This document shows positions 36,780 through 46,770 of a stretch of 60,075 bases of DNA, one piece after another. The notes beneath the pieces were generated by a model, which did no database searches, was not told the DNA's origin, and was given only the letters and a program-made list of their open reading frames with translations. A program made the position numbers and the translations under genes. The first letter of the stretch is position 1; the number at the start of each line of letters is the position of its first letter. The DNA comes from a virus (Duplodnaviria; Caudoviricetes), in the IMG/VR virus record IMGVR_UViG_3300025133_000112, positions 1 through 60,075 of that record. One strand, 5' to 3'.

Positions 36780-37454
36780 TTATAAATAATCATTTTTAGA
36801 TATATGATCTAATTCTTTAAATGTTAGTTCTAAATCGATTTTTGGAGGTGCACCATCATGAAAAGGTATTTTTGTATCAGTAAAATAATTATCATTTATA
36901 CTTGTTAATACGCAATCTTTTATTTTGATAACACTTTTATCTTGAGGAAATACTATTAGTACATTCCAAAAATTTGGATATGATACTTTCCATCCTTCAT
37001 ATACTGGTAGTGAATTTCTTTTAAATGCTTTAATTATATTTGCTAATGAAGCTGATTCTTCTGGACTTGATGGTATTAATTCATATGAAAATGAAAATTG
37101 TCTAAAATTAACTCCATCATATATTAAACTGGCAGCATCGTTTTGAGCTACACCTGCTAAAAAAGCAGCTCTTGTTGCAAATGTTCCGCCTAATGATTTT
37201 ACCTTTTGTGCTAATGCAGCTTTTGCTCCTTCAACAAGACTTTCTGTAACATTTTCAGTTTCATTCCATCTATTTGAAATTAAACTACTAATTCCATTTG
37301 CAGATAAAGGTAATCGTATACTTTCAGTATTTGTTTTTGCTGTTTCTAAAGATTGACTTTTTTTACCTTTAGTAGACCAATCAAATGCTGAAAATAATAT
37401 ATATGGTTGGATATCTTCATTTAAGTTTTTTGGAAATTCAAAATCTGCTGACAT
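36780..37454 (-). CDS. gp48: Baseplate tail tube cap
   Basis: Y.GV.FRQFSF.Y.L.P.S.EE...L..II..FK, YP, C.LTSI...Y, DG.P...DL.LTFKE. Confidence 0.85.
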   Translation of the reverse strand: MSADFEFPKNLNEDIQPYILFSAFDWSTKGKKSQSLETAKTNTESIRLPLSANGISSLISNRWNETENVTESLVEGAKAALAQKVKSLGGTFATRAAFLAGVAQNDAASLIYDGVNFRQFSFSYELIPSSPEESASLANIIKAFKRNSLPVYEGWKVSYPNFWNVLIVFPQDKSVIKIKDCVLTSINDNYFTDTKIPFHDGAPPKIDLELTFKELDHISKNDYL

Positions 37455-37519
37455 ATTTTACCTTTATATTATTTTAATTATTTACTTTTTTAAAAAATTT
37501 GACAAGTTTATAATACAGA

Positions 37520-37585
37520 AATGGGTCATATTTTATAAAAAATATGACCCAATATTAATGACTTCTGGATCGTATGATCCAGAAG
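37520..37585 (-). terminator. Two hairpins downstream of gp23
   Basis: CTTCTGGATC-GTAT-GATCCAGAAG (37562-37585) and TGGGTCATATTTT/AAAATATGACCCA (37522-37551). Confidence 0.7.
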
Positions 37586-37608
37586 AATAGTAAGGTTATT
37601 AAATACTA

Positions 37609-38961
37609 TTAGGCAGGAAGATTTGCTACTGAGATTGCCTTGTAGTAATTTTCTGCGCCATAAACATTATCAGTAAGAGCATAGCGAGTACTGAAGAATG
37701 TTCTTGGTTGATTATCCTCTTCACCGTAACCCTTACGAACTTGAAGTGGAATATATGGAGAGTAGAAAACACCAGCATCTATCTCTGTCGGACCTTTATA
37801 GCCAAGATAAATTGTATCATCAGTAGCATAGAGGTCAACAAAAACTTTCATACCCATTGCAGTACCAGCATAAACAGTCTGAACAGGATCAACTCCATTT
37901 GTATCAAGCTTACCTGAAGATTCAAATACTGAAAGAACAGCAGGAGAAACAATCATAAATGTTGCTTGACCACGCTTATTAGCAACAGCAACTTGACGTT
38001 TTACTCTTGAAGTCATAGTCATAAGATTTTGATACTTCTCAAGTTCCCAACGACCATCAGCAGATGTATAATCAAAAGCTGTAGTAGAACCGATATTAGC
38101 GATTAGATAATTAATCATTTCACGATTCATTTCCATTATAACTTCATCAGAAGCAACTGTACTTAGAAGAGCTTCAGCATTCATATTATGAATTGCTTGT
38201 AAATCTTCTTCAAGTTCATTAGTCCATTTTGCTTTTAACTTTCTAGTCTTAGCAGTTGCAGTAGCAGTTTCAATCTCAAAACCAACTTCCTTCATGTTAG
38301 TTGAAAGGGCCTCACCAGTAGCAGTAGCATAAGATCCACTATAATTACTGAAAATCACGTTAAATAGTGCTTCATTCTCATATACGGCAGAAATTGTGGT
38401 ATCATCTGCATTATATGGATTAGCATTATCAACACCATTTGCAACAACAAATGTTCCAGAAACAACTTCTACAAGAAGATTATTACCTTCTTTGTGGCGA
38501 ACAACACCAACACCATCATTACCATTATCACTATCACCAGTGATATCACCACCAACTGTATAATTGGTTCCAGATGCAACAGTAAGAATAACTGAAGTTG
38601 CTCTTGTGAGAGAGTTTACAGAATCATTCTGGAATGTTGCTCTAAGTGCAAAAATCAGACCAGATGGTCCGCTTAGAGGCTGAGTACCAAAAATCTGAGG
38701 ACCAATCATTGCAGGCATAACACGTCTTAACATTGGAATTAGAATTGGGCTATAATTACCAATTGCAGAAGCCATAGTTGATTCATCAAGACTTTCATCT
38801 TTAGTACCAGCATATTTTTCAATGTTCTCAAAAAGTTGAGCATTCATTGCATAATCTTTTTCTTCTATCTTAGGACAAGCAGAGACATAATCACTCCATT
38901 TTCCTTTACCTTCCATAAGCGGTATCCACTTATCGATTATTGCTTTTTCTACCTTAATCAT
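37609..38961 (-). CDS. gp23: Major capsid protein
   Basis: PILIPMLRRVMP, G.QPL.GPSGLIFALR, RKLKAKWT.EL..DL.A.H, E.NRE, GYKG....DAG.FY.PYIPL, QPR..F.TRY. Confidence 0.97.
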   Translation of the reverse strand: MIKVEKAIIDKWIPLMEGKGKWSDYVSACPKIEEKDYAMNAQLFENIEKYAGTKDESLDESTMASAIGNYSPILIPMLRRVMPAMIGPQIFGTQPLSGPSGLIFALRATFQNDSVNSLTRATSVILTVASGTNYTVGGDITGDSDNGNDGVGVVRHKEGNNLLVEVVSGTFVVANGVDNANPYNADDTTISAVYENEALFNVIFSNYSGSYATATGEALSTNMKEVGFEIETATATAKTRKLKAKWTNELEEDLQAIHNMNAEALLSTVASDEVIMEMNREMINYLIANIGSTTAFDYTSADGRWELEKYQNLMTMTSRVKRQVAVANKRGQATFMIVSPAVLSVFESSGKLDTNGVDPVQTVYAGTAMGMKVFVDLYATDDTIYLGYKGPTEIDAGVFYSPYIPLQVRKGYGEEDNQPRTFFSTRYALTDNVYGAENYYKAISVANLPA

Positions 38962-39026
38962 TTATTTTCTCCTTATTAGAGTTTTTAAGTTATTTTATTT
39001 TTATAAATTAGTATATATTTAGTTCA

Positions 39027-39764
39027 TTACATTAAAGAACTTGGAAAATATTTATCAATTTCATATTCTTCAAGATCTTGATCTTCTTCTAAAGCATCAC
39101 CAGTAAGATCTGATTCATTTGAATTAAGATCTTCTTCTAAAATATCTTTAGATTTAACACCAATATTTTCTGCTAAAATAGTAACCTTTGTTCCAAAATC
39201 TTCAATAGTTTGAAATTTGTCATTTTTAATAAGTTTCATAACTTTTTCTGAATCACTATCAGTAAGAGCTTCAGTTAATTCTGTAAACTTAAATGCTTTT
39301 TCATATTCAAATGTTTGCTTATCTGATTCAAGATTTGCATTTAAAGATTCATTAAGCTCAGTCTTAAGAGTACTTATTTGGCCAGTAAGATCTTTCATTA
39401 CATCTATTTCAGACTCAGGTATATCAATATGACATTCTGTTAAAAGCTTAGTTACTCCAGTCATAATCTTATCAGCAGTTTTTGCTTTAAGATTTTCTGT
39501 TATAATACCTTCATTTTCTATTAGAAAATCAGTTACAGTAAGACCAACATAATCATTTAGTTTTTCAACTAATTCTTCTTTAAATTCTGTTAAATCTGAT
39601 TGACATTTTTCTTCTAGTTCTGCATTCTTAGCTTCAGTAAGAGCTTCAACCTTTTCGGTAGCTTTAGCCTCAACTAAAGTTTCAAACATTACTTCAATTT
39701 CATTTCCAACATCTTCTGTTAGAACTTCACTAAAGTGTTTTTCTAAAATATCTTTTATCTTCAT
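39027..39764 (-). CDS. gp22: Prohead core scaffold protein
   Basis: Acidic coiled coil directly upstream of gp23. Confidence 0.85.
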   Translation of the reverse strand: MKIKDILEKHFSEVLTEDVGNEIEVMFETLVEAKATEKVEALTEAKNAELEEKCQSDLTEFKEELVEKLNDYVGLTVTDFLIENEGIITENLKAKTADKIMTGVTKLLTECHIDIPESEIDVMKDLTGQISTLKTELNESLNANLESDKQTFEYEKAFKFTELTEALTDSDSEKVMKLIKNDKFQTIEDFGTKVTILAENIGVKSKDILEEDLNSNESDLTGDALEEDQDLEEYEIDKYFPSSLM

Positions 39765-39821
39765 GATAAATTTACTCCTATTTTTAATGGTTTATTATAT
39801 ATTTTAATTATTTACTTTATT

Positions 39822-40490
39822 TTATTTTAATTTGTTAAAATAATCTTTAAAAATGTCTATATACGCATTATTTAATTGACTTTTTGGTGTTTTATTGATA
39901 ATATTATGATATTCGTCAAGAGTTTCATTTAAATCTTTTCCGATTAAAACACCGTTTTCATACACCCATTCATGATTTTCCATAATAGCAGTCATAAATG
40001 CATCAGGTGCAGAAGGTTCATGTTCAATATCACCAAGAGAAACAATTCGTAATCCTTGCACAACTCTAACACCATTAGAAACTTTAGTTGCACCAAATGC
40101 CCTAGATGATATTCCAAATCCTATTTTTGCATCAATTAAATTTTTAAGAATTTTACCCTTTGGAAATTCTGTTAATACTTCTGCCTTTGTTATAAAAGCA
40201 TCATTATCTTGAGTTACCTTTACAAATTTATGACATGCATTTTCATAATTAATTTTATGTTTATTTTTTTCAGGATGACCTAATTCACCTAAAGCTCTAT
40301 CAACATGTAAATATTTATCAGTATGAGCATTAATTGCTTCTGTTAAAATTTGTGTAGGGTAAATTCGACCATTACCATTTGGGGTGTTACCTTGTAAAGT
40401 AATACCTTCTATATAGTATTTTCTTTGATGTTCTTTACCTTCTGTAAGAATATTCATTTCTTGATATTCTTCAGTTAAAAACTCTTCCAT
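39822..40490 (-). CDS. gp21: Prohead protease
   Basis: IEGI.LQ...NGNGRIYP, RALGELGHP, PKGKI, GISSRA.G, PSAPDAF. Confidence 0.95.
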   Translation of the reverse strand: MEEFLTEEYQEMNILTEGKEHQRKYYIEGITLQGNTPNGNGRIYPTQILTEAINAHTDKYLHVDRALGELGHPEKNKHKINYENACHKFVKVTQDNDAFITKAEVLTEFPKGKILKNLIDAKIGFGISSRAFGATKVSNGVRVVQGLRIVSLGDIEHEPSAPDAFMTAIMENHEWVYENGVLIGKDLNETLDEYHNIINKTPKSQLNNAYIDIFKDYFNKLK

Positions 40491-40514
40491 TGTTTTATTC
40501 CTTATAGAATAAGA

Positions 40515-40748
40515 TTAATCTTCATCAGAATCTTTTTTATCTTTATCATCCTCTGATTCTTCATCATCTTCTTTTTCTTCTTCAAGTTTATCTTTATCAG
40601 TGCAGCCTTCAGTTAAAGACTCTTTATACATTTCCTTTTCTATTTTATCAATTTTTTCATCAAAATTGGTTTGAATCATTTCCTTTAACTCTTCTTTAAA
40701 ACCTATTACATCATTCTCAACACATTTCTTTAATAGACTATCTGTCAT
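40515..40748 (-). CDS. Small acidic prohead core protein (gp67-like)
   Basis: Between the portal and protease genes; acidic; late promoter upstream. Confidence 0.6.
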   Translation of the reverse strand: MTDSLLKKCVENDVIGFKEELKEMIQTNFDEKIDKIEKEMYKESLTEGCTDKDKLEEEKEDDEESEDDKDKKDSDED

Positions 40749-40781
40749 TTTATATTCTCCTATATTTTAATTATTTACTTT

Positions 40782-42272
40782 TTATTCTTCATCTTCATCT
40801 TTATATTTTGGATCAGTCTTTTCTTTCTCTATTAATTCATTTTGATGTTCAATATCTTCATCTGTCATTTTAAAAATTTGTTTCTGTACATACTCATGAG
40901 AGAAATATTTACCAATATATTCGTTTAAAGAATCAGCTATTTCTATTCTACCATTTAATATTTCTTCATCTTTTAATGAATCAAAATAAGAATCGGTTTC
41001 CCAATTTAATATTATTTTTTGATAATTATCATTCCATTCATTAATATTTATAATTTTCTTTAAGATTAATTGTTTCTTTAAACAATCTAAAAATACATAT
41101 CCAAATTTAGATTGTAATTTTTTTACAAATTTAGAAAATTTAAGTTCTTCTCTTGTTATTTCTCCACTATTACCTAAATTAACAACAGCCTTTTCATCTT
41201 GATCAATTCTTGCTGTAGGTACATTCAATGATTTATAAAGTTTCTTTTTGAAATATAAAATATCTTCTATTTTATCAACCAATGCTCCATTAGAAATAGT
41301 ATCAATTTCTGTACCTTTTTGAGTTGAAGTTCTAGGTATATAGAAATCTTCCAACATGGTCATTGTATTTTTAGATTGATTAGTTTTACCTGTTGTAGAA
41401 TCATATGATATTTTATTTTTAAACTTATTTATAAGTTTTTGAACATACGCTTCTGCCTTCTTTTTGGGTAATTTACCAACATCAATATAAAAAACTCTTC
41501 TTTCAGGAGCTCTTGTTAATCTATAAATAACAGCAGAATCTTCAATTAGTGTTAATTGATTTAATGGTTTAATAGATTTATGTAAATATGAAATAAAAAA
41601 CTCTTCATCTTCATTAGTTAATCCAGATGGAGCGTATGTTATTAATTGTTCAGGTACTTTAAAAATAACTTGATTATCTGTATTTTTTCCATAGTATCCA
41701 CCTAATCTATTTCTTTTACATGCATCAGAATCATCTAATTTCCAAATATAAAAACTCTTTTTTGATTTTACATCTTTATATCTAAAAATATCTAATGGAG
41801 ATAGTAAATTTATTTTTAATAATCCTTTACCTGGATTTTTTAAATCAACAACATTTTGAAAATAGATTCTACCATCAACATACCATTTTCTAAAATATTC
41901 ATCACCTATATTATTAAAATCTAATAAAGATACTACATATTCAAATTCATTTATGATTTTCTTTTTAATATTATCAGAAAATTCAGTTTTATCTAAATTG
42001 ACATTTATAACATCATTTTCATCATATACTACAGCTTCATTTATAATTTCATCTACTGCTAAGCTAACTTCAAAGGTTAATGATACTTCTCTATATGTTC
42101 TTATTAATTGTTTAATATTCTTAAAAACAACATCAAAACTATAATCCCAAGATATATTATTTTCATCAACTTCTATAGCTTCAGGCTTAGATAAATTTGG
42201 AAGCTCAATAATATTATCGTTTATCTTTTCAGCCCATTTTTTTATTGGTTCTTTTATTGTATCAATTAACAT
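40782..42272 (-). CDS. gp20: Portal protein
   Basis: FRKWYVDGRI, SYLHK.IKP.NQL..IED..VIYR.TRAPERRVFYIDVG.LPK.KAE.Y, MLEDF..PR. Confidence 0.97.
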   Translation of the reverse strand: MLIDTIKEPIKKWAEKINDNIIELPNLSKPEAIEVDENNISWDYSFDVVFKNIKQLIRTYREVSLTFEVSLAVDEIINEAVVYDENDVINVNLDKTEFSDNIKKKIINEFEYVVSLLDFNNIGDEYFRKWYVDGRIYFQNVVDLKNPGKGLLKINLLSPLDIFRYKDVKSKKSFYIWKLDDSDACKRNRLGGYYGKNTDNQVIFKVPEQLITYAPSGLTNEDEEFFISYLHKSIKPLNQLTLIEDSAVIYRLTRAPERRVFYIDVGKLPKKKAEAYVQKLINKFKNKISYDSTTGKTNQSKNTMTMLEDFYIPRTSTQKGTEIDTISNGALVDKIEDILYFKKKLYKSLNVPTARIDQDEKAVVNLGNSGEITREELKFSKFVKKLQSKFGYVFLDCLKKQLILKKIININEWNDNYQKIILNWETDSYFDSLKDEEILNGRIEIADSLNEYIGKYFSHEYVQKQIFKMTDEDIEHQNELIEKEKTDPKYKDEDEE

Positions 42273-42284
42273 TAATTTCTATCC

Positions 42285-43919
42285 TTATAAAAAAGCTAAA
42301 ATCTTATATTTAACATCAGTTGTGCATGTAACATATACATTTGTTGAATCATGGGTACCTTCTGTAATTACAAATCCACCACCTGAATTGTCATCAGTAA
42401 CAGATACTAAAACCCCTGTTGGTGTACCTGATAGCCCATGAGCTATTGTTTGTTGAGATGCAGTTCCAGTTTGTTCAGTTGAAACAAATCTATCAGAAAC
42501 TAAAGCATATTGTGGATGATCATCATCATCTAATCCTGATAATGAACCATGATCATTTACAGATCCAGCAGTTCCACCACCAAATGAATATCTGAAATCA
42601 ATATAATCATCACCAGTATCAGTAGTTCTAATTCTTGATTTTACATCATTTGTATATCCATTAGATGTTTGGTATATAACTGATGCTATAGCTAAAAATT
42701 CTTGAAATGGCATTCCGGTGGTAATAAGATTATTAATTTCTGTTGCTGCTGCCTCTCTAGCTTGATTTAGTCTTGTAAAATCACCTTGACCTTGAATAGA
42801 TATAATTGGTTGATTTGAATCATTAGTTGCAAATAAATGACATAAACCAAAATCATTATTAGTTATTTCTGTTTGTTGCCAAGTTGTCCCTGTCCATTCA
42901 TTATATGCTAATCTAGAACCACCGCCAACAAAATTTTTAACTGGGAAATTTGTTGCAGTATCTTTTCTCCAATACCCAAATGTACCAGTTTTATAAAATA
43001 CTGGAATTTGTGCTGGAGATGCTACCCCAGAAAAATCAAATTTGATATCTTCATCCCATATAATACCCGTACCATATCCAAATTGAGCAGAAGCATCAAG
43101 ATTTCCATCACCATCAGAAACAATACTGACTAGACCTAAACCTTCTTGAAATCTTGTTCCTACAGTCTCATGAAGATATTGATGAGTCATAGGGTCCATT
43201 GTTAGCCCATGTCTCTCATCTGCTACCAATATTAAAGTATTAGCATCTGCATCCCAATAACCATTAGATATATATGCATATTTTAATATTATTGATTCTA
43301 CAAATGTTTGTGTTGATTGTAAAACACCATCTGCATCAAAATAGAAATGCCACATTCCTTCAGTGTCAGTTATTGTTGCTGTTTGTGCTTCATCAAATGT
43401 ATATAAAATTCTATCACTATATACATCAAAATCAGCTCCAGAAGGTGTAATACTAAAGGTTAGTGTTCCATCATCAAAGCTAATAACAGAATCATCTCTG
43501 TTTGGAAAACCTGAAGGAACACTTACATTATCATCTTGAGCCAAAAATATATCAATTTCAGTTAGAGTATAGTATCTATAATCGTGATCATGGCCATATG
43601 AATTATCAATTTTATCCCATGTAGAACCATTATAAACTAGCCAATCAGCAACAAGATAATCAACTGCTCCTATTGTACCTTCAACAGAACAGATATAATA
43701 ATCACCTTGATTAGGTCCAACAGGGTATGAACCTGTGGAACAATCCCAAACACCTTTATAGTATACTGCACCTGTTACTGCATCAGGAAGTTGAGCTATT
43801 GGTACCTGTGCATTTTCATCTAATCCACAAAGACCATTAGCAATATTTTTAAGAGAATTTATTTGACCTAAAGTTAAACCATCTCTAAATATATCATACC
43901 TATTTTTGCTTTTAATCAT
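42285..43919 (-). CDS. Virion fibre-like structural protein
   Basis: YKG.WD...GDYY...DWLVYNG..W.KIDN module and HGSLSGLDDDDHPQY motif. Confidence 0.7.
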   Translation of the reverse strand: MIKSKNRYDIFRDGLTLGQINSLKNIANGLCGLDENAQVPIAQLPDAVTGAVYYKGVWDCSTGSYPVGPNQGDYYICSVEGTIGAVDYLVADWLVYNGSTWDKIDNSYGHDHDYRYYTLTEIDIFLAQDDNVSVPSGFPNRDDSVISFDDGTLTFSITPSGADFDVYSDRILYTFDEAQTATITDTEGMWHFYFDADGVLQSTQTFVESIILKYAYISNGYWDADANTLILVADERHGLTMDPMTHQYLHETVGTRFQEGLGLVSIVSDGDGNLDASAQFGYGTGIIWDEDIKFDFSGVASPAQIPVFYKTGTFGYWRKDTATNFPVKNFVGGGSRLAYNEWTGTTWQQTEITNNDFGLCHLFATNDSNQPIISIQGQGDFTRLNQAREAAATEINNLITTGMPFQEFLAIASVIYQTSNGYTNDVKSRIRTTDTGDDYIDFRYSFGGGTAGSVNDHGSLSGLDDDDHPQYALVSDRFVSTEQTGTASQQTIAHGLSGTPTGVLVSVTDDNSGGGFVITEGTHDSTNVYVTCTTDVKYKILAFL

Positions 43920-43921
43920 TT

Positions 43922-44284
43922 TTATACATATCCATTATCAACAGAAAATTCAACATTAATTACACCAGTATCTAAACCAGCAAATGTTAATTTTACAGTT
44001 TCTTCGTTTAATGCTGTAGGTATAGGTAATCTAAATAATCCAGTTGCTACCATATTAATTGATGCTGGAGTAATAGCACCAGTATCAACAAGTATCTGAC
44101 TAAAAAAGTCATCAGTATTAATTATAGTATTCTGAAATGATATCGTTATAAAAACATCATCAGCACCAGCTTTAGTGTAATCAATATATGCAATTACACC
44201 TTCACCTCTAGCTGAACCTTTTCCAGGAATATCATAAGTGACATCATTACCATCTACAGTACCTGTTTCAGAACTTATAGACAT
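43922..44284 (-). CDS. Hypothetical structural protein
   Basis: Beta-rich ORF in the late operon; RBS AGGAG. Confidence 0.65.
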   Translation of the reverse strand: MSISSETGTVDGNDVTYDIPGKGSARGEGVIAYIDYTKAGADDVFITISFQNTIINTDDFFSQILVDTGAITPASINMVATGLFRLPIPTALNEETVKLTFAGLDTGVINVEFSVDNGYV

Positions 44285-44298
44285 AATTCAATCTCCTA

Positions 44299-44574
44299 TT
44301 ATGGATTAGCATCACCATCTGCATTACCATAAGCATATGCATTTCCATTTTTAACTTTAATTTCTTGACCATTATCAAGCTTTAATATATAATCCATACC
44401 AGACTTAGCAACAACCATACCATATCCAAAACTAACATCTTTACCAGGATTATCATTGGCTGCAGATTCAAGATCGTATTTTATAGAATCACCTACATTG
44501 TAATATGATGTATCTTCAGTTAGTATATCTGTGAATATACTATTTAGATTTTCTTTGTTCATTTTATTCTCCAT
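44299..44574 (-). CDS. Hypothetical late protein
   Basis: Directly after the late promoter at 44594. Confidence 0.65.
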   Translation of the reverse strand: MENKMNKENLNSIFTDILTEDTSYYNVGDSIKYDLESAANDNPGKDVSFGYGMVVAKSGMDYILKLDNGQEIKVKNGNAYAYGNADGDANP

Positions 44575-44618
44575 TAGAATTATTTTATGTTTAATTTTAA
44601 TTATTTACTTTTTATTAA

Positions 44619-45857
44619 TTAGATTTTTTTAGGTTCTATCCAAGAAATTTTATCATATGATTTAGCTGTATATGCTATAATATCTTCATCTATATTATAG
44701 CCTTGAATGTTCTCTGTATCTTGGAGGTCTATTTTGAATGAATGTATATCTTTATTTGTAAATACATGTATATTTTGACTTGCCTTTGAAGAAAATTGCA
44801 AATCGTTATCTGAATATGCATTAGATCCGCATAAACTAGATGATCTAGCATAATAATCAGTTATTAGAGCAGAATGTAAATGTCCATATATAGCAAAATC
44901 AATTTTAATACCTCTATCTGAATATTTACCTCTAATTGATTGCATAGATTTTGCATGGTCGGCTTTCACTTGATGACCATGAAGTAATAATAAATTTTTA
45001 TCATTAATATTTACTACTAATTCTGCTGATGACCCTTCAATAAATTTAATTTTTTTATTATTTCTAAACATTAATTTTAAAATTTGATTAATTGTATAAT
45101 CATAATTATCACTCATCATTATTTCTGATATACCATACTCATCTTTAACTCTACCCTCATTTCCTGATACTGATGCTATACTTACATTAAAATTCTTGTT
45201 GAGATCTAATATAACTTGTTCAAATAAAATGGCACTAAGCGCACATGCTTTAGCTCTATTTGTAGCCATATTAAGTAATTCATCTAATCTTCTATCAGAA
45301 TTTATTAAATCTCCAGTAAATGAAATTAATACATTTTTAACATTATAAGAATTAAAAATAATAGTTGATTCAGCAACCATTTTTTGTAATCTTTTAGCAG
45401 CTATTTTAAAATCAAATTGATTACTGGGTATATTGATTAGTTCATTAAGATGAGTATCAGTTAGATGAAAAACTCCATAATTATCATTATTAATTGAATT
45501 ATGACTTATAACCTTATTTTTAGGTCTTTTTTTGAATATACTGATTAATTCATTTGTTAATTCAGAAACAGCATTATCATACCGATATTGTTCTCGAATC
45601 TTTCTTTCTATTCTTTGTTGATCTTGTAATTTTTGAATCTTTTTTGATGATTTAAGTGATTCAATTAAAACTTTACCATCATCGTCATTATCATCATATT
45701 CTTCTTCATTTTTCCAAAAATGTCTAAGAACTTCTCGAACATAACTACTACTGCACTTTAAAATTTTTGATATATCACTAGATATCATATTTGAATTTTT
45801 TTCTTTTAAGTCTAAAATGTCACGTTGTAGATCTGTTACAAGTTTACTCTTATCCAT
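44619..45857 (-). CDS. Calcineurin-like metallophosphoesterase with N-terminal HTH-like region
   Basis: DTH, GDLI, GNEG, HGH, GHLH motifs. Confidence 0.85.
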   Translation of the reverse strand: MDKSKLVTDLQRDILDLKEKNSNMISSDISKILKCSSSYVREVLRHFWKNEEEYDDNDDDGKVLIESLKSSKKIQKLQDQQRIERKIREQYRYDNAVSELTNELISIFKKRPKNKVISHNSINNDNYGVFHLTDTHLNELINIPSNQFDFKIAAKRLQKMVAESTIIFNSYNVKNVLISFTGDLINSDRRLDELLNMATNRAKACALSAILFEQVILDLNKNFNVSIASVSGNEGRVKDEYGISEIMMSDNYDYTINQILKLMFRNNKKIKFIEGSSAELVVNINDKNLLLLHGHQVKADHAKSMQSIRGKYSDRGIKIDFAIYGHLHSALITDYYARSSSLCGSNAYSDNDLQFSSKASQNIHVFTNKDIHSFKIDLQDTENIQGYNIDEDIIAYTAKSYDKISWIEPKKI

Positions 45858-45866
45858 ATTAATCCT

Positions 45867-46016
45867 TTATTTAAATTTATAATTGCATATATCTAATGCT
45901 TGCTTTTTATCCTCTTTATTTTTTAGATCAAAATTGGTTTCTTTCTCAAAGAATTCCATACATCTTTTTATATAATCAGCCTTCTTCTCGTCTTTATTTG
46001 GACCAGGTATTAACAT
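45867..46016 (-). CDS. Small phage protein (49 aa)
   Basis: MLIPGPNKDEKKADYIKRCM...QALDIC; RBS AAGGA; not in the ORF track. Confidence 0.6.
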   Translation of the reverse strand: MLIPGPNKDEKKADYIKRCMEFFEKETNFDLKNKEDKKQALDICNYKFK

Positions 46017-46027
46017 AACTTATTCCT

Positions 46028-46390
46028 TTAATGAATAATTGGTTCAGAAATTAAATTAAATATAATCATATGCTCTTCTTCTGTTAAAACTTTATCTAAT
46101 TCGATCTTTATTGTACTTTCTTTTTCATCTAAATTTTCTTTTAATAAATATGCAGCAAGTATAAATTGTAAATATTTCTCACTTGGTATAAATTTTAATA
46201 AAGTTACCTTTATTTTTCTTATCATATTCTTAAAAAGATCAATAGAATCTTTTTCTTCTTTTGATTTAGGTTCGTTTATTTTAACTCCATTTTTATCTAT
46301 TATACCTAATTCAAAAGCTTTCCATTTTCGAAATGGTTTTGTTAATAAAGCAACAAAAGTTATAGCTTGTAATTTACTAAATGCTCCCAT
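46028..46390 (-). CDS. Conserved T4-like hypothetical protein
   Basis: LLTKPF.KW.AF.LGIID.NG motif recalled from T4-like phages. Confidence 0.75.
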   Translation of the reverse strand: MGAFSKLQAITFVALLTKPFRKWKAFELGIIDKNGVKINEPKSKEEKDSIDLFKNMIRKIKVTLLKFIPSEKYLQFILAAYLLKENLDEKESTIKIELDKVLTEEEHMIIFNLISEPIIH

Positions 46391-46725
46391 TATAGCTCCA
46401 CAAATGCACTTGCTATATCATCATAGTCAATTTTATGTTTTTTGGATATCTTTTCAAGATCTTTCTCATACATAAAATATATATGATCAAGATAGTCATT
46501 TACCTTATCTTTATTTTTAACTGCGTCTTTTTTAAGCTTTTCTGCTTGTTTATCACCATCAATAAGATTTTTAAGCTCTTTCTTAAGCTTATCTGATGAC
46601 TCAAATAATACAAAATCATAGTCTATTTTAACTATATCTTTAAATTCTGTCTTTTTACTCTCTTCTAATTCATCAGTGTTTATTGTCTTGGCACATGATT
46701 TAATAAATAACTTATTAAAATCCAT
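46390..46725 (-). CDS. Hypothetical late protein
   Basis: Late promoter at 46748 and RBS AGGAG. Confidence 0.65.
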   Translation of the reverse strand: MDFNKLFIKSCAKTINTDELEESKKTEFKDIVKIDYDFVLFESSDKLKKELKNLIDGDKQAEKLKKDAVKNKDKVNDYLDHIYFMYEKDLEKISKKHKIDYDDIASAFVEL

Positions 46726-46770
46726 CAGTAAATCTCCTATTTGTTTTATTTTAATTATTTACTTTATTTA